The notes: generated from the sequence alone by a model not told the origin. A DNA stretch of 64,000 bases from an uncultured Bacteroidota bacterium (GCA_903824785.1 CAIJYD010000099.1:35662-99661), one strand, 5' to 3'. Numbered from the stretch's first letter, positions 8,876 through 19,941 are shown. Translations and numbers: made by a program.

Positions 8876-10297
8876 CTAAACTCCGAAACTTAAATTCTTT
8901 ATTGCTTCAAAGATGATACTTGCAAAACCGGTGACAACAATACCGGCAACACAGATAGCCAGGGCTAATTTTGTGAAAAAGTCACTTTTGAATTTCTCAA
9001 CGGGAGTTTCCCCTTTGTTTATAAACATTGCCTTTACTACAAGAAGATAGTAATACAATGAAATTATTGTATTGAGCACTGCAATAAGTACAAGCAGATA
9101 ATAACCTTTCTCTGCCGCGGCTGTAAAAAGAAAAAACTTTCCGAAGAAACCTGCAACCGGCGGAATGCCGGCCAGTGAGAACAGAGCAAGTGTCATTATC
9201 AGACTCAGGCTAGGGTTTGTGTGATAAAGACCATTATAATCATCAATATTCTCTTTTCCGGTTGCATTGGAAATTGCTATGACCACACCGAATGCCCCAA
9301 GATTTGAAAAGATATACACCAGCAAATAATATATTACTGAAGCCATTCCCAGTTGATTTCCGCCAATAAACCCAAGAAGTATATAGCCAGCCTGAGAAAT
9401 GGATGAAAATGCCAGAAACCTCTTTATATTCTGTTGACGGATGGCAAACAGGTTACCTATTGTCATTGTAAGTACAGAAGTAACATAAATTGTTTTTTGC
9501 CATGTGGAAATTATAGCAGGGAATACTGTAAAAAGAAGGATAATCAGGATAAATACAGCAGCTCCTTTGGAAATGACAGAAAGGTATGATGTTACGCTCA
9601 CAGGTGATCCTTCATATACGTCAGCTGTCCAGAGATGAAACGGAACTATTGATATTTTAAATGCCATACCTGCAAAGAAAAAGATGAATCCGAGGATCTG
9701 AAGGCTGGTGTTTCCGAATAGTTCTGCTACCTCCTTGAAATAGAGAGTACCTGTTGTTCCGTATATCATCGATAAACCATACAACAGAATGCCTGAAGAT
9801 AATGCGGATGATAAAATAAGCTTGATACCGGCTTCAGCAGATTTGTTTTTGTAGCTGTCGAAAGCAGCCAGTGCAGCTATTGGGATTGTAGCAAGTTCAA
9901 TTCCAATATAGAACATCAGAAAATGGCCTGCTGAAATCATATAGTTCATCCCTGCAAGTGTTGAAAGCAGCAGAAGAAAATACTCACTTGTTTTTTCAGA
10001 ATTCTCCTTTTTCTTAAGCCAGGGAACGGATTGAATAAAAACCAGTAATGCCCCTATGTTCAGAATATTCTTCATAAGCACTGTTGTGGCTGATGTAACA
10101 TACATACCGCCAAACAGGGTACCTGCAGTTGAAGGTAAAAAGCCGGCAATAGTAATTATTCCGAAAAGGATTACCGAGAACAGACTTATATATCTCCTTT
10201 TATCCTCATTCCAGAAGATCTCTGCTATCAATACTAAAAGAGCTGCAGCTATCAGGAGCAGTTCATGCCGCATTATTAAAAAGGTTCCTAAGCTCAT
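8876..10297 (-). CDS. nuoN: NADH-quinone oxidoreductase subunit N
   Basis: 473-aa polytopic antiporter-like subunit, last gene of the nuo order. Confidence 0.9.
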   Translation of the reverse strand: MSLGTFLIMRHELLLIAAALLVLIAEIFWNEDKRRYISLFSVILFGIITIAGFLPSTAGTLFGGMYVTSATTVLMKNILNIGALLVFIQSVPWLKKKENSEKTSEYFLLLLSTLAGMNYMISAGHFLMFYIGIELATIPIAALAAFDSYKNKSAEAGIKLILSSALSSGILLYGLSMIYGTTGTLYFKEVAELFGNTSLQILGFIFFFAGMAFKISIVPFHLWTADVYEGSPVSVTSYLSVISKGAAVFILIILLFTVFPAIISTWQKTIYVTSVLTMTIGNLFAIRQQNIKRFLAFSSISQAGYILLGFIGGNQLGMASVIYYLLVYIFSNLGAFGVVIAISNATGKENIDDYNGLYHTNPSLSLIMTLALFSLAGIPPVAGFFGKFFLFTAAAEKGYYLLVLIAVLNTIISLYYYLLVVKAMFINKGETPVEKFKSDFFTKLALAICVAGIVVTGFASIIFEAIKNLSFGV

Positions 10298-10334
10298 ATT
10301 ATAATATTATCCAAAACATTTATAATTCAATAAT

Positions 10335-11840
10335 TTAAAATGGATTAAGAGCAACAATCCTGTCAACAATAGGTTGCAGACTTGTTCCGATCATTGATGA
10401 CAGCCAGAATGGTGCCAGACCGATTGCAGCAACTGATCCTATCAATGTAACAACCGATATTTTTTCAAACCATTTTGCATCCGTCAGATGTTCGTGATGC
10501 TCATTTGTTGTAGGACCAAGAAGAAGTATTGCAACAACTCTTAAAATGTACACAGCGGTTATAACAATTGAAGAAACAGCCAGGATTGTTACTATCCGGT
10601 AAAAGAGTTCCGGATGCTGGAATGCACCAACAAAAATTGTCATCTCAGCAACGAATCCGCTTAATCCGGGCAGACCCAGTGAAGCCAGACCGGCAATTAC
10701 ATAACAAACTGAAAGGAAAGGAATAACTTTCATCAATCCACCCATTTCGCTGATCATTCTGGTATGGGTACGGCCGTAAAGCATTCCGATGAGAGCAAAG
10801 AAGAGGGCTGTCATTAAACCGTGTGAGATCATCTGCAGAATAGCTCCGTTCATGGCAGTTTTGTTCATCATCAGAACGGCAAACAATACCAGTCCGCAAT
10901 GGCTTACTGATGAGTAAGCATTAATATATTTAAGGTCTTTCTGGGCAATTGCTCCAAAAGCTCCATAAACAACACTGATAGAGGTAAGTATGATAAATAT
11001 CCATGATAATTCTTTTGCTCCTTCGGGAAGAAGAAAAATAGCTACCCTGAAGGCACCATATCCTCCCAGTTTCATAAGCACGCCTGCATGAAGCATTGAT
11101 ACAGCAGTAGGAGCAGAGGCATGTCCGTCCGGAGACCAGGTATGAAAAGGGAATAATGCGCCCAGAACACCGAATCCCAGAAAGGTGAGAGGGAAAAATA
11201 ATCTCTGTGCAGCTATCGGAATAGAAACTTTTGAGATCTCCAGAATATTGAACGTGAGCTGAGTTCCACCGGGAGCAGAGTTGAAATATATTCCGAGCAA
11301 ACCTACCAGCAGAATAGCAGATCCACCCATAAGCATCAGAGTCAGTTTCATAGCCGAATACTCTTTTGGCCCGCTGCCCCAGATCCCGATTAAAAGATAC
11401 ATCGGTATAACAGCTACTTCATAAAAAAGGAACATTGTAAAAAGGTCGATAGATATGAAGAAACCAAAGACACCTGTTGCCAGGAGAATAAGTGAAATGA
11501 AGAACTCCTTGGTCAGAAATTCCACTTCCCAGGAGGCAAAGATTCCGGCAAATACCACAATTGAAGTAAGGCCGATCATTGCAACAGATATTCCATCGAC
11601 TCCGACAGCATAGTGAATATTAAGGCTTTTGAACCACAGATAGTCTTTTATAAAAAGCATCTCTTCGGTATTCCCGGCATTACGGGCCGAGAGATAGGCA
11701 AATACCAGCACTCCGGCCAGTATTAATTGAATCCCCATTCCAAAAGCCGATACAAGACGCACCTGCCTGGTATCTTTTAAAAACAGTATACCCGTTATGG
11801 TTAAAACCGGAATTACTACAAACAGTGTTAAAATATCCAT
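10335..11840 (-). CDS. nuoM: NADH-quinone oxidoreductase subunit M
   Basis: 501-aa antiporter-like membrane subunit between nuoL and nuoN. Confidence 0.9.
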   Translation of the reverse strand: MDILTLFVVIPVLTITGILFLKDTRQVRLVSAFGMGIQLILAGVLVFAYLSARNAGNTEEMLFIKDYLWFKSLNIHYAVGVDGISVAMIGLTSIVVFAGIFASWEVEFLTKEFFISLILLATGVFGFFISIDLFTMFLFYEVAVIPMYLLIGIWGSGPKEYSAMKLTLMLMGGSAILLVGLLGIYFNSAPGGTQLTFNILEISKVSIPIAAQRLFFPLTFLGFGVLGALFPFHTWSPDGHASAPTAVSMLHAGVLMKLGGYGAFRVAIFLLPEGAKELSWIFIILTSISVVYGAFGAIAQKDLKYINAYSSVSHCGLVLFAVLMMNKTAMNGAILQMISHGLMTALFFALIGMLYGRTHTRMISEMGGLMKVIPFLSVCYVIAGLASLGLPGLSGFVAEMTIFVGAFQHPELFYRIVTILAVSSIVITAVYILRVVAILLLGPTTNEHHEHLTDAKWFEKISVVTLIGSVAAIGLAPFWLSSMIGTSLQPIVDRIVALNPF

Positions 11841-11868
11841 AATGAAAAGTCTTTTTCTTAGTAATCAG

Positions 11869-13788
11869 TTATTTCCACAGATAAATAAATAATATCGCCA
11901 GTAAAATAGCTCCTGAGATAAATACAAAACCATATTTCTGTAACTGGCCCGATTGAAACCCTCTTATTCTCAGTGATACACTTTGAGTTACAGAGGCTAT
12001 CCCATTCATTGTTGCATCAACTATATGCCTGTCGAACCATGCTACCGGCTGAGATATATATCTGAAAATTATTTTTTTTGTTACAAAAAGGTAAACTTCA
12101 TCCATATAAAACTTATTGAAAGCCCATTTGTAGCTGTACTTAAATGTTGCAGCCATTTTATCAGGAATAGCGCTCTCTTTCTTATACATTATAAATGCAA
12201 TAACTATTCCGAAAAGGCCGATAAGTACAGAAGGAATAGCTACAATAAGTTCAAGCTCTGTTTCAAACCCTTTGCCGTCGGAGGTAACCAGTTCATTAAA
12301 GGGAATAAACCCTGAGAACACCGATCCTATTGCAAGAATAATCAGAGGTATTGTCATTGTTGCCGGAGCTTCATGCGGTGTATGATGATAATGGGTCTCT
12401 TTTCCCCAGAAAATACTGAAATAGAGTCTGAACATATAAAATGCTGTAAGGCCTGCAACGACATATTCTACAGCGAATAAAAGCTTATTGCTGTGAAATG
12501 CTGCAGCAAGAATCTCGTCTTTGCTGAAAAAGCCTGAAAGCGGAGGAATGCCGGCAATTGTAAGGCACGCTATAAGAAAAGTTAAATGAGTAATAGGAAG
12601 GTACTTTCTTAGTCCTCCCATCTCTGTCATATGATTGGTATGAACGGCATGAATTATTGAGCCTGCACCAAGAAAGAGCAGTGCTTTGAACATTGCATGG
12701 GTAAAGAGATGGAACATCGAGGCCATATATCCTAAGCCTTCATGCCCACCGTAGCCGGAGACACCCAGCGCGAGCATCATATATCCTATCTGCGACATCG
12801 TTGAATAGGCAAGCACTCTTTTTATATCGGTCTGGGTACAGGCAATCACTGCCGCAAATAGGGATGAAAAGGCCCCGACATAACCTACAACTTCAAGGGC
12901 AACAGGCGCCGACAATGAATATATGGGAAACATTCTTGCAACAAGGTAAACACCTGCAACAACCATCGTGGCAGCATGTATAAGTGCTGAAACAGGAGTG
13001 GGGCCCTCCATTGCATCGGGAAGCCAGATATGAAACGGGAACATAGCTGATTTACCTATGCCGCCCATAAAAACAAATATCATCGACCAGGTCATTACCG
13101 ATAATCCCAGAAATGCAATTCCACCACCTTGTGCAATTGCTGTTCCGGAAGGATCAGTAAGTGTGATAAAGTCAAAAGTGCCGGTATTGAAGGAGAGAAT
13201 AAGAATTCCGATAAGAAAACCAAGGTCAGCAAACCGTGTAACGATAAATGCTTTTTTTGAAGCTCTTACTGCTGAAGGTTTCTGATAATAAAATCCTATT
13301 AGCAGAAATGATGATACACCAACAAGTTCCCAGAATATGTACATCTGGAAGATATTTGTTGCCAGAACCAATCCGAGCATCGAGAAACTGAAAAGTGACA
13401 GAAACGCAAAAAAGCGCTCAAAACCTTTTTCACCTTTCATATATCCCAGACTGTAGATATGAACCATCAGGGATACAGTAGTTATCACAACAAGCATCAT
13501 TACTGAAATTGGGTCGAGAAGAATACCCATGTCAATATGAAGTTTATCAGTGAGTTGAAGCCATACTGTATTGACTGCCGTGATTTTCTGATATGCTCCG
13601 TCGATCTTTTCGCTTAAGAAAAAGTATTTATAAGCTGTTATATACGACAGTAAGGTAATTATTCCCAGTCCGCATGTTCCCAAAATGCCGGAAAGCTTTG
13701 GAAAGTACTTGTGACCTGCCAGTCCCAGAAATAAAAACATCAGAAAGGGAAGCAGTGGAATCCAGATTGTATAGTTGAAATTTATCAT
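11869..13788 (-). CDS. nuoL: NADH-quinone oxidoreductase subunit L
   Basis: 639-aa antiporter-like subunit with the long C-terminal extension typical of NuoL. Confidence 0.9.
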   Translation of the reverse strand: MINFNYTIWIPLLPFLMFLFLGLAGHKYFPKLSGILGTCGLGIITLLSYITAYKYFFLSEKIDGAYQKITAVNTVWLQLTDKLHIDMGILLDPISVMMLVVITTVSLMVHIYSLGYMKGEKGFERFFAFLSLFSFSMLGLVLATNIFQMYIFWELVGVSSFLLIGFYYQKPSAVRASKKAFIVTRFADLGFLIGILILSFNTGTFDFITLTDPSGTAIAQGGGIAFLGLSVMTWSMIFVFMGGIGKSAMFPFHIWLPDAMEGPTPVSALIHAATMVVAGVYLVARMFPIYSLSAPVALEVVGYVGAFSSLFAAVIACTQTDIKRVLAYSTMSQIGYMMLALGVSGYGGHEGLGYMASMFHLFTHAMFKALLFLGAGSIIHAVHTNHMTEMGGLRKYLPITHLTFLIACLTIAGIPPLSGFFSKDEILAAAFHSNKLLFAVEYVVAGLTAFYMFRLYFSIFWGKETHYHHTPHEAPATMTIPLIILAIGSVFSGFIPFNELVTSDGKGFETELELIVAIPSVLIGLFGIVIAFIMYKKESAIPDKMAATFKYSYKWAFNKFYMDEVYLFVTKKIIFRYISQPVAWFDRHIVDATMNGIASVTQSVSLRIRGFQSGQLQKYGFVFISGAILLAILFIYLWK

Positions 13789-13816
13789 ATTTAGAATTTC
13801 CTAATGGGTGTAGTAA

Positions 13817-14134
13817 TCAGTATTTCATTTCGCTGGCATCCTCAACATTGATTGTTGAAAACCGTCTGTAAATATTTATAATGATGGCAATGGCAACAGC
13901 CGCTTCGGCCGCTGCAACAGCAATTACAAACAGGCTGAAAAACATGCCTTCAAGTTTATGAGGGTAGAGGTACCTGTTAAAAGCAAGAAAATTAATATTT
14001 ACAGAGTTCAGTATCAGCTCAACCGACATCAGAATTGTTATCAGATTGCGGCGTGTGAGAAAACCGTAGACCCCGGTAAAAAACATTATCGTGGCCAGAA
14101 TTAAAAAGTATTGTACTGGTATACCTGTGCTCAT
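13817..14134 (-). CDS. nuoK: NADH-quinone oxidoreductase subunit K
   Basis: 105 aa, three TM helices, in the conserved position. Confidence 0.9.
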   Translation of the reverse strand: MSTGIPVQYFLILATIMFFTGVYGFLTRRNLITILMSVELILNSVNINFLAFNRYLYPHKLEGMFFSLFVIAVAAAEAAVAIAIIINIYRRFSTINVEDASEMKY

Positions 14135-14135
14135 C

Positions 14136-14678
14136 TTATTCCTGATTTAATTTTGGTGATATACTCTTTTCCGGGCCACTTTTCTTTGCAACAACAATAG
14201 CTGCAACCATGGCTGCCAGAAGGAGAACTGAAATTACTTCAAACGGGAGAACGTATCCATCATATTCCACAGAGAGAAGACTTTTTCCTATTAACCTCAT
14301 ATCTACCTCTTTTGCTGCCTCGGAAGTTGCAGAAAAACTGTAATCAAGTATAGTTATTATAGAAAGAACCGCCCCTGCAACAACCGCTATTGCTGAAAAT
14401 ACAGACTTTTTCAACTCATAAGGCTCGAACTTCTGGCTTATATGACTTGTTAACAATATCGAAAAAATGATCAGAACAACAATACCGCCTGCATAAAGCG
14501 TAAGCTGAACAGCAGCAAGAAACTGGTAATTCAGCAGGAAATAAAGACCTGATGTTGATACCAGTACAAACAGAAGGTAAACAGCAGCCCTCAGTATTTT
14601 ACGGCTCGTTACCGTCAGCACTGAAAAAACTATGATCATTGCTGAAAAAAGAATAAACATTATCTGATTAGAGGCCAT
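14136..14678 (-). CDS. nuoJ: NADH-quinone oxidoreductase subunit J
   Basis: 180-aa membrane subunit between nuoI and nuoK. Its start overlaps the nuoI stop by 1 nt. Confidence 0.85.
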   Translation of the reverse strand: MASNQIMFILFSAMIIVFSVLTVTSRKILRAAVYLLFVLVSTSGLYFLLNYQFLAAVQLTLYAGGIVVLIIFSILLTSHISQKFEPYELKKSVFSAIAVVAGAVLSIITILDYSFSATSEAAKEVDMRLIGKSLLSVEYDGYVLPFEVISVLLLAAMVAAIVVAKKSGPEKSISPKLNQE

Positions 14679-15157
14679 TATTCAACTCCTTTCATTAATT
14701 GAGAACCCGGTTTATTTAAAGTTTTAATCAAAAGCGCCCGGTTAAAAACCGCATGCTCAAATCCCTGTGAAAAAGCTAGTGCGTTGGAAGGGCACGTTTT
14801 TACGCATAAGGCGCAGAAGGTGCACATTCCAAGTCTGTAAATATGCTTGTCAATTGCTTTCTTCTTCTTACCATCTTCAGTAACAATTGTTTTTGAGATG
14901 ATCTCAATTGTTCCGTTTGGACAGTTTAATTCACAAATCCCGCATCCTGTGCATTTATGCTCATTTTTCTCATTATGCGGCATAACTACCTCGCCCTTGA
15001 AACGTTCGTACATTACAAGTTCTTTCCTGTTGTCGGGATATTTCTGAGTAACTATGGTACTCGGCCTGAAAAAATATGAACCTGTTACTTTCATACCTTG
15101 CATCAGCGACCAGACCCCAAATACTATTTCCTTCAGATATTCTATTATACTTCTCAT
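14678..15157 (-). CDS. nuoI: NADH-quinone oxidoreductase subunit I (2x[4Fe-4S] ferredoxin-like)
   Basis: 159 aa with two CxxCxxCxxxCP motifs (CTGCGICELNCP, CTFCALCVKTCP). Confidence 0.9.
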   Translation of the reverse strand: MRSIIEYLKEIVFGVWSLMQGMKVTGSYFFRPSTIVTQKYPDNRKELVMYERFKGEVVMPHNEKNEHKCTGCGICELNCPNGTIEIISKTIVTEDGKKKKAIDKHIYRLGMCTFCALCVKTCPSNALAFSQGFEHAVFNRALLIKTLNKPGSQLMKGVE

Positions 15158-15187
15158 TCAGAGATATCTATTTATTATTATAAACTA

Positions 15188-16276
15188 TTAAAAATGCCAG
15201 CCCATAAGGACTAAAAATGCCATTATCAATACATTAACAAGATTTATTGGCAGCAGATACTTCCATTCCAGGGTAAGCAGCTGATCAATTCTAAGCCGTG
15301 GAAAGGTCCATTTGAACCACATCATCAGGAAAATTACAAAGAATGTTTTTCCAATATACCAGACAAAGGGAGGAATGAAATCCATAATATGATTAAACCC
15401 AACCCATGGACCAACGTGAAATGGCATCCATCCTCCAAGGAATATTGTTGCAGCTATGGAAGCCACAATAAACATGTTCATATATTCGGCCAGGAAGAAG
15501 AAGGCAAATTTTATTCCGGAGTATTCGGTATGATAACCTGCCGTAAGTTCCGATTCTGCCTCTGCAAGGTCGAACGGCCCGCGGTTAGTCTCCGCAGTAC
15601 TGGAAATAAGAAAAATAATAAATGCAATAAATGCCGGAATATGACCCTTGAAAATAAACCATCCGTCTCTTTGAGCTTCAACAATTACTGATAATTGCAT
15701 CGACCCGGCCAGAATAACAATTGTAATAAGTGCCAGCCCAACTGATAATTCGTAACTGATAATCTGAGCACCGCTTCGCATTGCACCTATAAGAGAATAC
15801 TTGTTATTACTCGACCATCCGGCAAGCAGTACTCCGATAACACCCATCGACGATACTGCTATTACATATAAAACTCCGATGTTCATATCAATAGCGTGAA
15901 GACCATTTGCAAACGGAATAGCAGCAATAGCCATAAAACCTGCAATAATAACAATGAAAGGAGCGAGGTTAAAAAGAAACCCGTCAGCGTTTTTAATCGG
16001 TATCAACTCAACAAAAAGCAGTTTTACGAGGTCAGCAATAGTTTGAAAGATACCAAACGGTCCAACTCTGTTAGGGCCTAACCTGTTCTGCATAAAAGCA
16101 CATACTTTACGCTCCGCATAAACAAGGAATAAACCAACAACTGCATAGAACATCAGTACCAGAACCCCGATAATAACCATTTCGGTCAGTGCTGTCCAGA
16201 ATGGAGACATGGCATTATGCAGACTGCTGTCGATCCATTGAGTAAAAGAGGTAAAATTATAAATGTCAAATGGCAT
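15188..16276 (-). CDS. nuoH: NADH-quinone oxidoreductase subunit H
   Basis: 362-aa membrane subunit with [18 protein letters not shown] and a [11 protein letters not shown] motif. Confidence 0.92.
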   Translation of the reverse strand: MPFDIYNFTSFTQWIDSSLHNAMSPFWTALTEMVIIGVLVLMFYAVVGLFLVYAERKVCAFMQNRLGPNRVGPFGIFQTIADLVKLLFVELIPIKNADGFLFNLAPFIVIIAGFMAIAAIPFANGLHAIDMNIGVLYVIAVSSMGVIGVLLAGWSSNNKYSLIGAMRSGAQIISYELSVGLALITIVILAGSMQLSVIVEAQRDGWFIFKGHIPAFIAFIIFLISSTAETNRGPFDLAEAESELTAGYHTEYSGIKFAFFFLAEYMNMFIVASIAATIFLGGWMPFHVGPWVGFNHIMDFIPPFVWYIGKTFFVIFLMMWFKWTFPRLRIDQLLTLEWKYLLPINLVNVLIMAFLVLMGWHF

Positions 16277-16446
16277 AGTCTATATCTTTAAATACTGTTT
16301 CTTAGTTTGCAACTTTTATCTGTTTACCAATTGTTATCTGGTTCCTGATCCCTGATCATTTTGTTCCCCTCATTTTTGATGCTCTTTTCAATTCTGCCCT
16401 GATATTTTTTGTCAGAGATAATGTACTTCAGCTATCACTGCCATTT

Positions 16447-17571
16447 CTATCTGTCAATGTCAGGTATAACCAGGTCAAGAGATCCTCCGATTGCAACAAG
16501 GTCAGCTATTTTGAATCCTTTTGCAATGTGATTAAGGACCGACAGATTTACAAAATTCGGTGACCTGAATTTTACACGGTACGGATTCTTATTCCCGTCG
16601 CTGATAACATATACACCCAGCTCACCCCGTGCAGTTTCAACTCTCTGATAATACTCACCTTCAGGAAGTTTAATTACAGGTTTCATCTTTACGGCGAACG
16701 GTCCTTCAGGAATATTATCAATAAGTTGTTCAATAATATTCATTGATTCCCACATCTCTTCAATCCTTGCAACATACCTGTGATAAGTATCTCCCTGAGT
16801 ATAAAGTATCTCCTTGAAGGTGACCCTGTCATAGGCGCTGTATGGCTCATGCTTGCGAACATCGCACGAAAAACCTGATGCTCTCCCTGATGGTCCGGTA
16901 ATTCCGAAAGAAATTGCATCTTCGAGTGAGAGATTTCCTATCCCTTTACTACGCTCATGAAAAATAACATTTCCGGTAAGCAACTGATTATATTCCGGCA
17001 GAATTTTCCTGAAATACCTGATAAACTCTTTAACTTTTTTAGCGAAGTCAGGATGTAGATCATACATTACTCCTCCGGGGCAGTTATAGCTGACTATCAT
17101 GCGGCTGCCGCAGGTCTCTTCAAAAATATCAAGAATCTTTTCCCTGTCGCGCAAGCCATAAAAGAAACAGGTTAATCCTCCAAGGTCCATGCCGAATGAA
17201 GCCCACCATAGCTGATGTGACTGAATACGGGTCAGTTCCGACATAAGAGTCCTTATAACTTTTATCCTGTCAGAAATTTCTACTTCAAGGGCTTTTTCAA
17301 CTGCAAGACAGACAGCTTCATTATTTATATGAGCCGAAAGGTAATCCATTCTGTCGGTAAGATGAATAACCTGAGGATATGTGATGCTCTCGCACATTTT
17401 TTCAATGCCCCTGTGAATATAACCTATGTGAGGTTGAACACTTTTTACAGTTTCGCCCTTAAGTGAAACCACAAGCCTGAGCACCCCGTGGGTAGAAGGA
17501 TGCTGCGGCCCCATGTTTATAACATATTCCTGCTGTTCTTCAGTAGTAATATTTTTTACCTTTTCTTCCAT
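16447..17571 (-). CDS. nuoD: NADH-quinone oxidoreductase subunit D
   Basis: 374 aa. NMGPQHPSTHGVLRL near the N-terminus and DIVIPDIDR-type C-terminus (LDLVIPDIDR). Confidence 0.92.
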   Translation of the reverse strand: MEEKVKNITTEEQQEYVINMGPQHPSTHGVLRLVVSLKGETVKSVQPHIGYIHRGIEKMCESITYPQVIHLTDRMDYLSAHINNEAVCLAVEKALEVEISDRIKVIRTLMSELTRIQSHQLWWASFGMDLGGLTCFFYGLRDREKILDIFEETCGSRMIVSYNCPGGVMYDLHPDFAKKVKEFIRYFRKILPEYNQLLTGNVIFHERSKGIGNLSLEDAISFGITGPSGRASGFSCDVRKHEPYSAYDRVTFKEILYTQGDTYHRYVARIEEMWESMNIIEQLIDNIPEGPFAVKMKPVIKLPEGEYYQRVETARGELGVYVISDGNKNPYRVKFRSPNFVNLSVLNHIAKGFKIADLVAIGGSLDLVIPDIDR

Positions 17572-17574
17572 AAA

Positions 17575-18030
17575 TTACTTGGTAACGATATTGATATCAT
17601 CAGCATAGTCTTTCCTGAGCGGAAAACCCCATGTACTGTCAAGAAAGAGTCGTCTCAGATCCGGATGGTTTGTAAATTTTATTCCAAGAAGGTCAAATAC
17701 TTCCCTTTCCTGAAAATCAGCAGTCTTCCAGATATCAGAAACTGAATCAAGCTGTGGTTTTTCCCTGTCAGAGGTGCGGGTTTTCAGAACAACTGAATGG
17801 TCATAAACAGTTGACCGGAGGTGATAAACAACTCCCAGATCCTGTCCGTAATCTACTCCGGAGAGGCAATACAGAAAATCAAACTGTACCTCTTCTCTCT
17901 CTCTAAGCATTCTGGCGAGTGAATACAATTTTTCCGGAGGAACAGAAACCTCTGTAAATTGTTTTCCTTCCTTAATCTCAAGATCTTTATCGAGCGATAT
18001 TAAAAAATCTCCTAATTGAATTTTATCCAT
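17575..18030 (-). CDS. nuoC: NADH-quinone oxidoreductase subunit C (short form, not fused to D)
   Basis: 151 aa with EREVFDLLGIKFTNHPDLRRL, typical of the 30-kDa subunit family. Confidence 0.88.
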   Translation of the reverse strand: MDKIQLGDFLISLDKDLEIKEGKQFTEVSVPPEKLYSLARMLREREEVQFDFLYCLSGVDYGQDLGVVYHLRSTVYDHSVVLKTRTSDREKPQLDSVSDIWKTADFQEREVFDLLGIKFTNHPDLRRLFLDSTWGFPLRKDYADDINIVTK

Positions 18031-18060
18031 TGGTATTCATATTTCTGAATATACCTGAAA

Positions 18061-18621
18061 TTATACGGAGTTATGAGTGGCGTTCCTCTTCTTCCTTGAC
18101 TTAATAGTCTGTGTTTCGATCAATCGTTGAAGCTGAAGCATACCATACAAAAGTGCTTCAGGACGTGGAGGGCAACCCGGGACATAAACATCGACAGGAA
18201 TCACGTGATCAACTCCTTTTACTACGCTGTAAGAGTTCAGAAAAAACGGACCTCCTGAAATTGCACAGGCGCCCATCGCAATAACATACTTTGGCTCAGA
18301 CATCTGATCGTACAGACGTTTGAGTACAGGTGCCATTTTGTTAACGATAGTACCCGCAACAACAATAACATCCGCCTGGCGGGGGCTGGCTCTGTAAACT
18401 TCCATCCCGAATCTTGCAAAGTCGTGCCTTGGAGCACCGGCTGCCATCATTTCAATACCACAACAGCTTGTCGCAAATGTAAGGGGCCATAAGGAGTTTT
18501 TCCTTCCCCAGTTTATAACATCATCAATAGTGGTTAAGAGCACATTGGATCCGGACTCATTAAGAAGTTCAAGGCTTTCATTATCCCCGAATTCTTCTTT
18601 CTTCATTCCTTTTATTCCCAT
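18061..18621 (-). CDS. nuoB: NADH-quinone oxidoreductase subunit B
   Basis: 186 aa. Cluster N2 ligand motifs [15 protein letters not shown] and VPGCPPRPE. Confidence 0.93.
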   Translation of the reverse strand: MGIKGMKKEEFGDNESLELLNESGSNVLLTTIDDVINWGRKNSLWPLTFATSCCGIEMMAAGAPRHDFARFGMEVYRASPRQADVIVVAGTIVNKMAPVLKRLYDQMSEPKYVIAMGACAISGGPFFLNSYSVVKGVDHVIPVDVYVPGCPPRPEALLYGMLQLQRLIETQTIKSRKKRNATHNSV

Positions 18622-18962
18622 ATAAGAGCATGTTTTTTCCAGGCATAAAGTAATCCAAGGCCCAGTATAAAAAAGAATATAACGATTTCAATAAATGCAG
18701 CCATCCCAACTTCCTTCATTACTACAGCCCACGGAAATACCAGAACTGTCTCAACATCAAATACAAGGAAAAGAATTGCAAACAGATAATACCCTACGTT
18801 GAACTGAAGCCATGTAACTCCTTCAGTAGGTATTCCACATTCATAGGGATCATATTTTTGAGGGTTGGTTGATTTGGGAGCAACAATCCCCGAAAAGATC
18901 AGAACCACTCCAACAAAGATGGCTCCCACAAGGAAGAACAATATTAACCATTCATTGCTCAT
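18612..18962 (-). CDS. nuoA: NADH-quinone oxidoreductase subunit A
   Basis: 116 aa, three TM helices, YECG motif (YDPYECGIP). First gene of the operon; it overlaps nuoB by 10 nt. Confidence 0.9.
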   Translation of the reverse strand: MSNEWLILFFLVGAIFVGVVLIFSGIVAPKSTNPQKYDPYECGIPTEGVTWLQFNVGYYLFAILFLVFDVETVLVFPWAVVMKEVGMAAFIEIVIFFFILGLGLLYAWKKHALIWE

Positions 18963-18994
18963 AGAAGAATATATTAGGGTTAGTTAAAGCGGGA

Positions 18995-19002
18995 CAAAAA
19001 TA
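18995..19002 (-). promoter_or_regulatory. Candidate -7 promoter box (TATTTTTG on minus strand) for the nuo operon
   Basis: Plus strand reads CAAAAATA at 18995-19002, 33 nt upstream of the nuoA ATG. It fits the Bacteroidota TAnnTTTG consensus. Confidence 0.3.
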
Positions 19003-19131
19003 GGATTATTATTTTGGATTGTGAAAGTAATAACACTATATAAAAATGATAATTATCACATCAATTCCTGATATCCGGAAGGATGAAGTTTTATAGATTT
19101 TTCTGTTAAAGCAGTTCCGTAATAATTATCC

Positions 19132-19941
19132 CTATTGATTTATAAAAATCTCCTGAGGGTATTCAATATAATCCAGAAACAATCCTTTTGCAGGCGCTGA
19201 TTTTCCGGCTCTGCAGCGGTCTTTTGCAAGAATAATATCCTCAAATTCATTAATATTCATTTTGTTAAAGCCAACATCAACCATTGTTCCCACTATTGCT
19301 CTAACCATATTCCTTAGAAATCGGTCAGCCTTAATAGTGAATACAAGCCGGCTTCCTTCTTCTATCCATTCTGCTTTCATGATATTGCAGATATTTGTTT
19401 TTGCACCGGAATGGAGCCTGCTGAAACTTGTGAAATCAGAATGGCTGAATAACTGCAGGCATGCCTCATTCATTTGTGCAATATCAATACTGCCATGAAT
19501 GAACCAGCTTGAATTTTCAGCGAAAGGATCCTTTGTTCTGGAGATATAATATTTATAGGTTCTGGAGATAGCACTGAACCTTGCATTTGCATCGGGTATT
19601 ACCTTCCTTATTGAGTTCACGGAAATATCTTTCGGAAGATATCTGTTCAGTCTGAATAAAAAGTTTTTTTCTGAAGACAGATCATGAGAAACAGTATCAA
19701 AATGGGCGCAGAAATATGTTGCATGAACACCCGTATCTGTTCGTCCGGCTCCGGTTGTGGAAATATCTTCAGAGAGAACTACACTCAAAGCCTCATCAAG
19801 GATTTTCTGAACAGTAACCGAATTAGGTTGTAACTGCCATCCGTGGTACGAAGTGCCTTTGTATGAGATGAATATGAAGTATCGTGTTTTCACGGATCTG
19901 TTTTTGCAAATATAGCCATTGAATAAACAATTTCGTTTCAC
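19132..19941 (-). CDS. truA: tRNA pseudouridine(38-40) synthase TruA
   Basis: 269 aa. YFIFISYKGTSYHGWQ, catalytic GAGRTDTGVHA and RSFLRNMVR-like FLRNMVR motifs. The true start may be the internal GTG about 16 codons in. Confidence 0.9.
   Translation of the reverse strand: MKRNCLFNGYICKNRSVKTRYFIFISYKGTSYHGWQLQPNSVTVQKILDEALSVVLSEDISTTGAGRTDTGVHATYFCAHFDTVSHDLSSEKNFLFRLNRYLPKDISVNSIRKVIPDANARFSAISRTYKYYISRTKDPFAENSSWFIHGSIDIAQMNEACLQLFSHSDFTSFSRLHSGAKTNICNIMKAEWIEEGSRLVFTIKADRFLRNMVRAIVGTMVDVGFNKMNINEFEDIILAKDRCRAGKSAPAKGLFLDYIEYPQEIFINQ

Noticed and set aside
10645-16081. Multiple 60-110-aa ORFs antisense to or out of frame within nuo genes (for example 10645-10899, 11983-12315, 15389-15691)
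   Set aside because: All are nested in strongly supported membrane-subunit genes and have skewed composition. They are spurious.
16277-16446. 170-bp gap between nuoD and nuoH considered as a remnant of deleted nuoEFG or a hidden small gene
   Set aside because: It contains no ORF, no obvious similarity to E/F/G fragments when translated by eye, and only weak 4-bp hairpins. It is probably just an internal spacer or promoter, and is mentioned under the nuo finding only.
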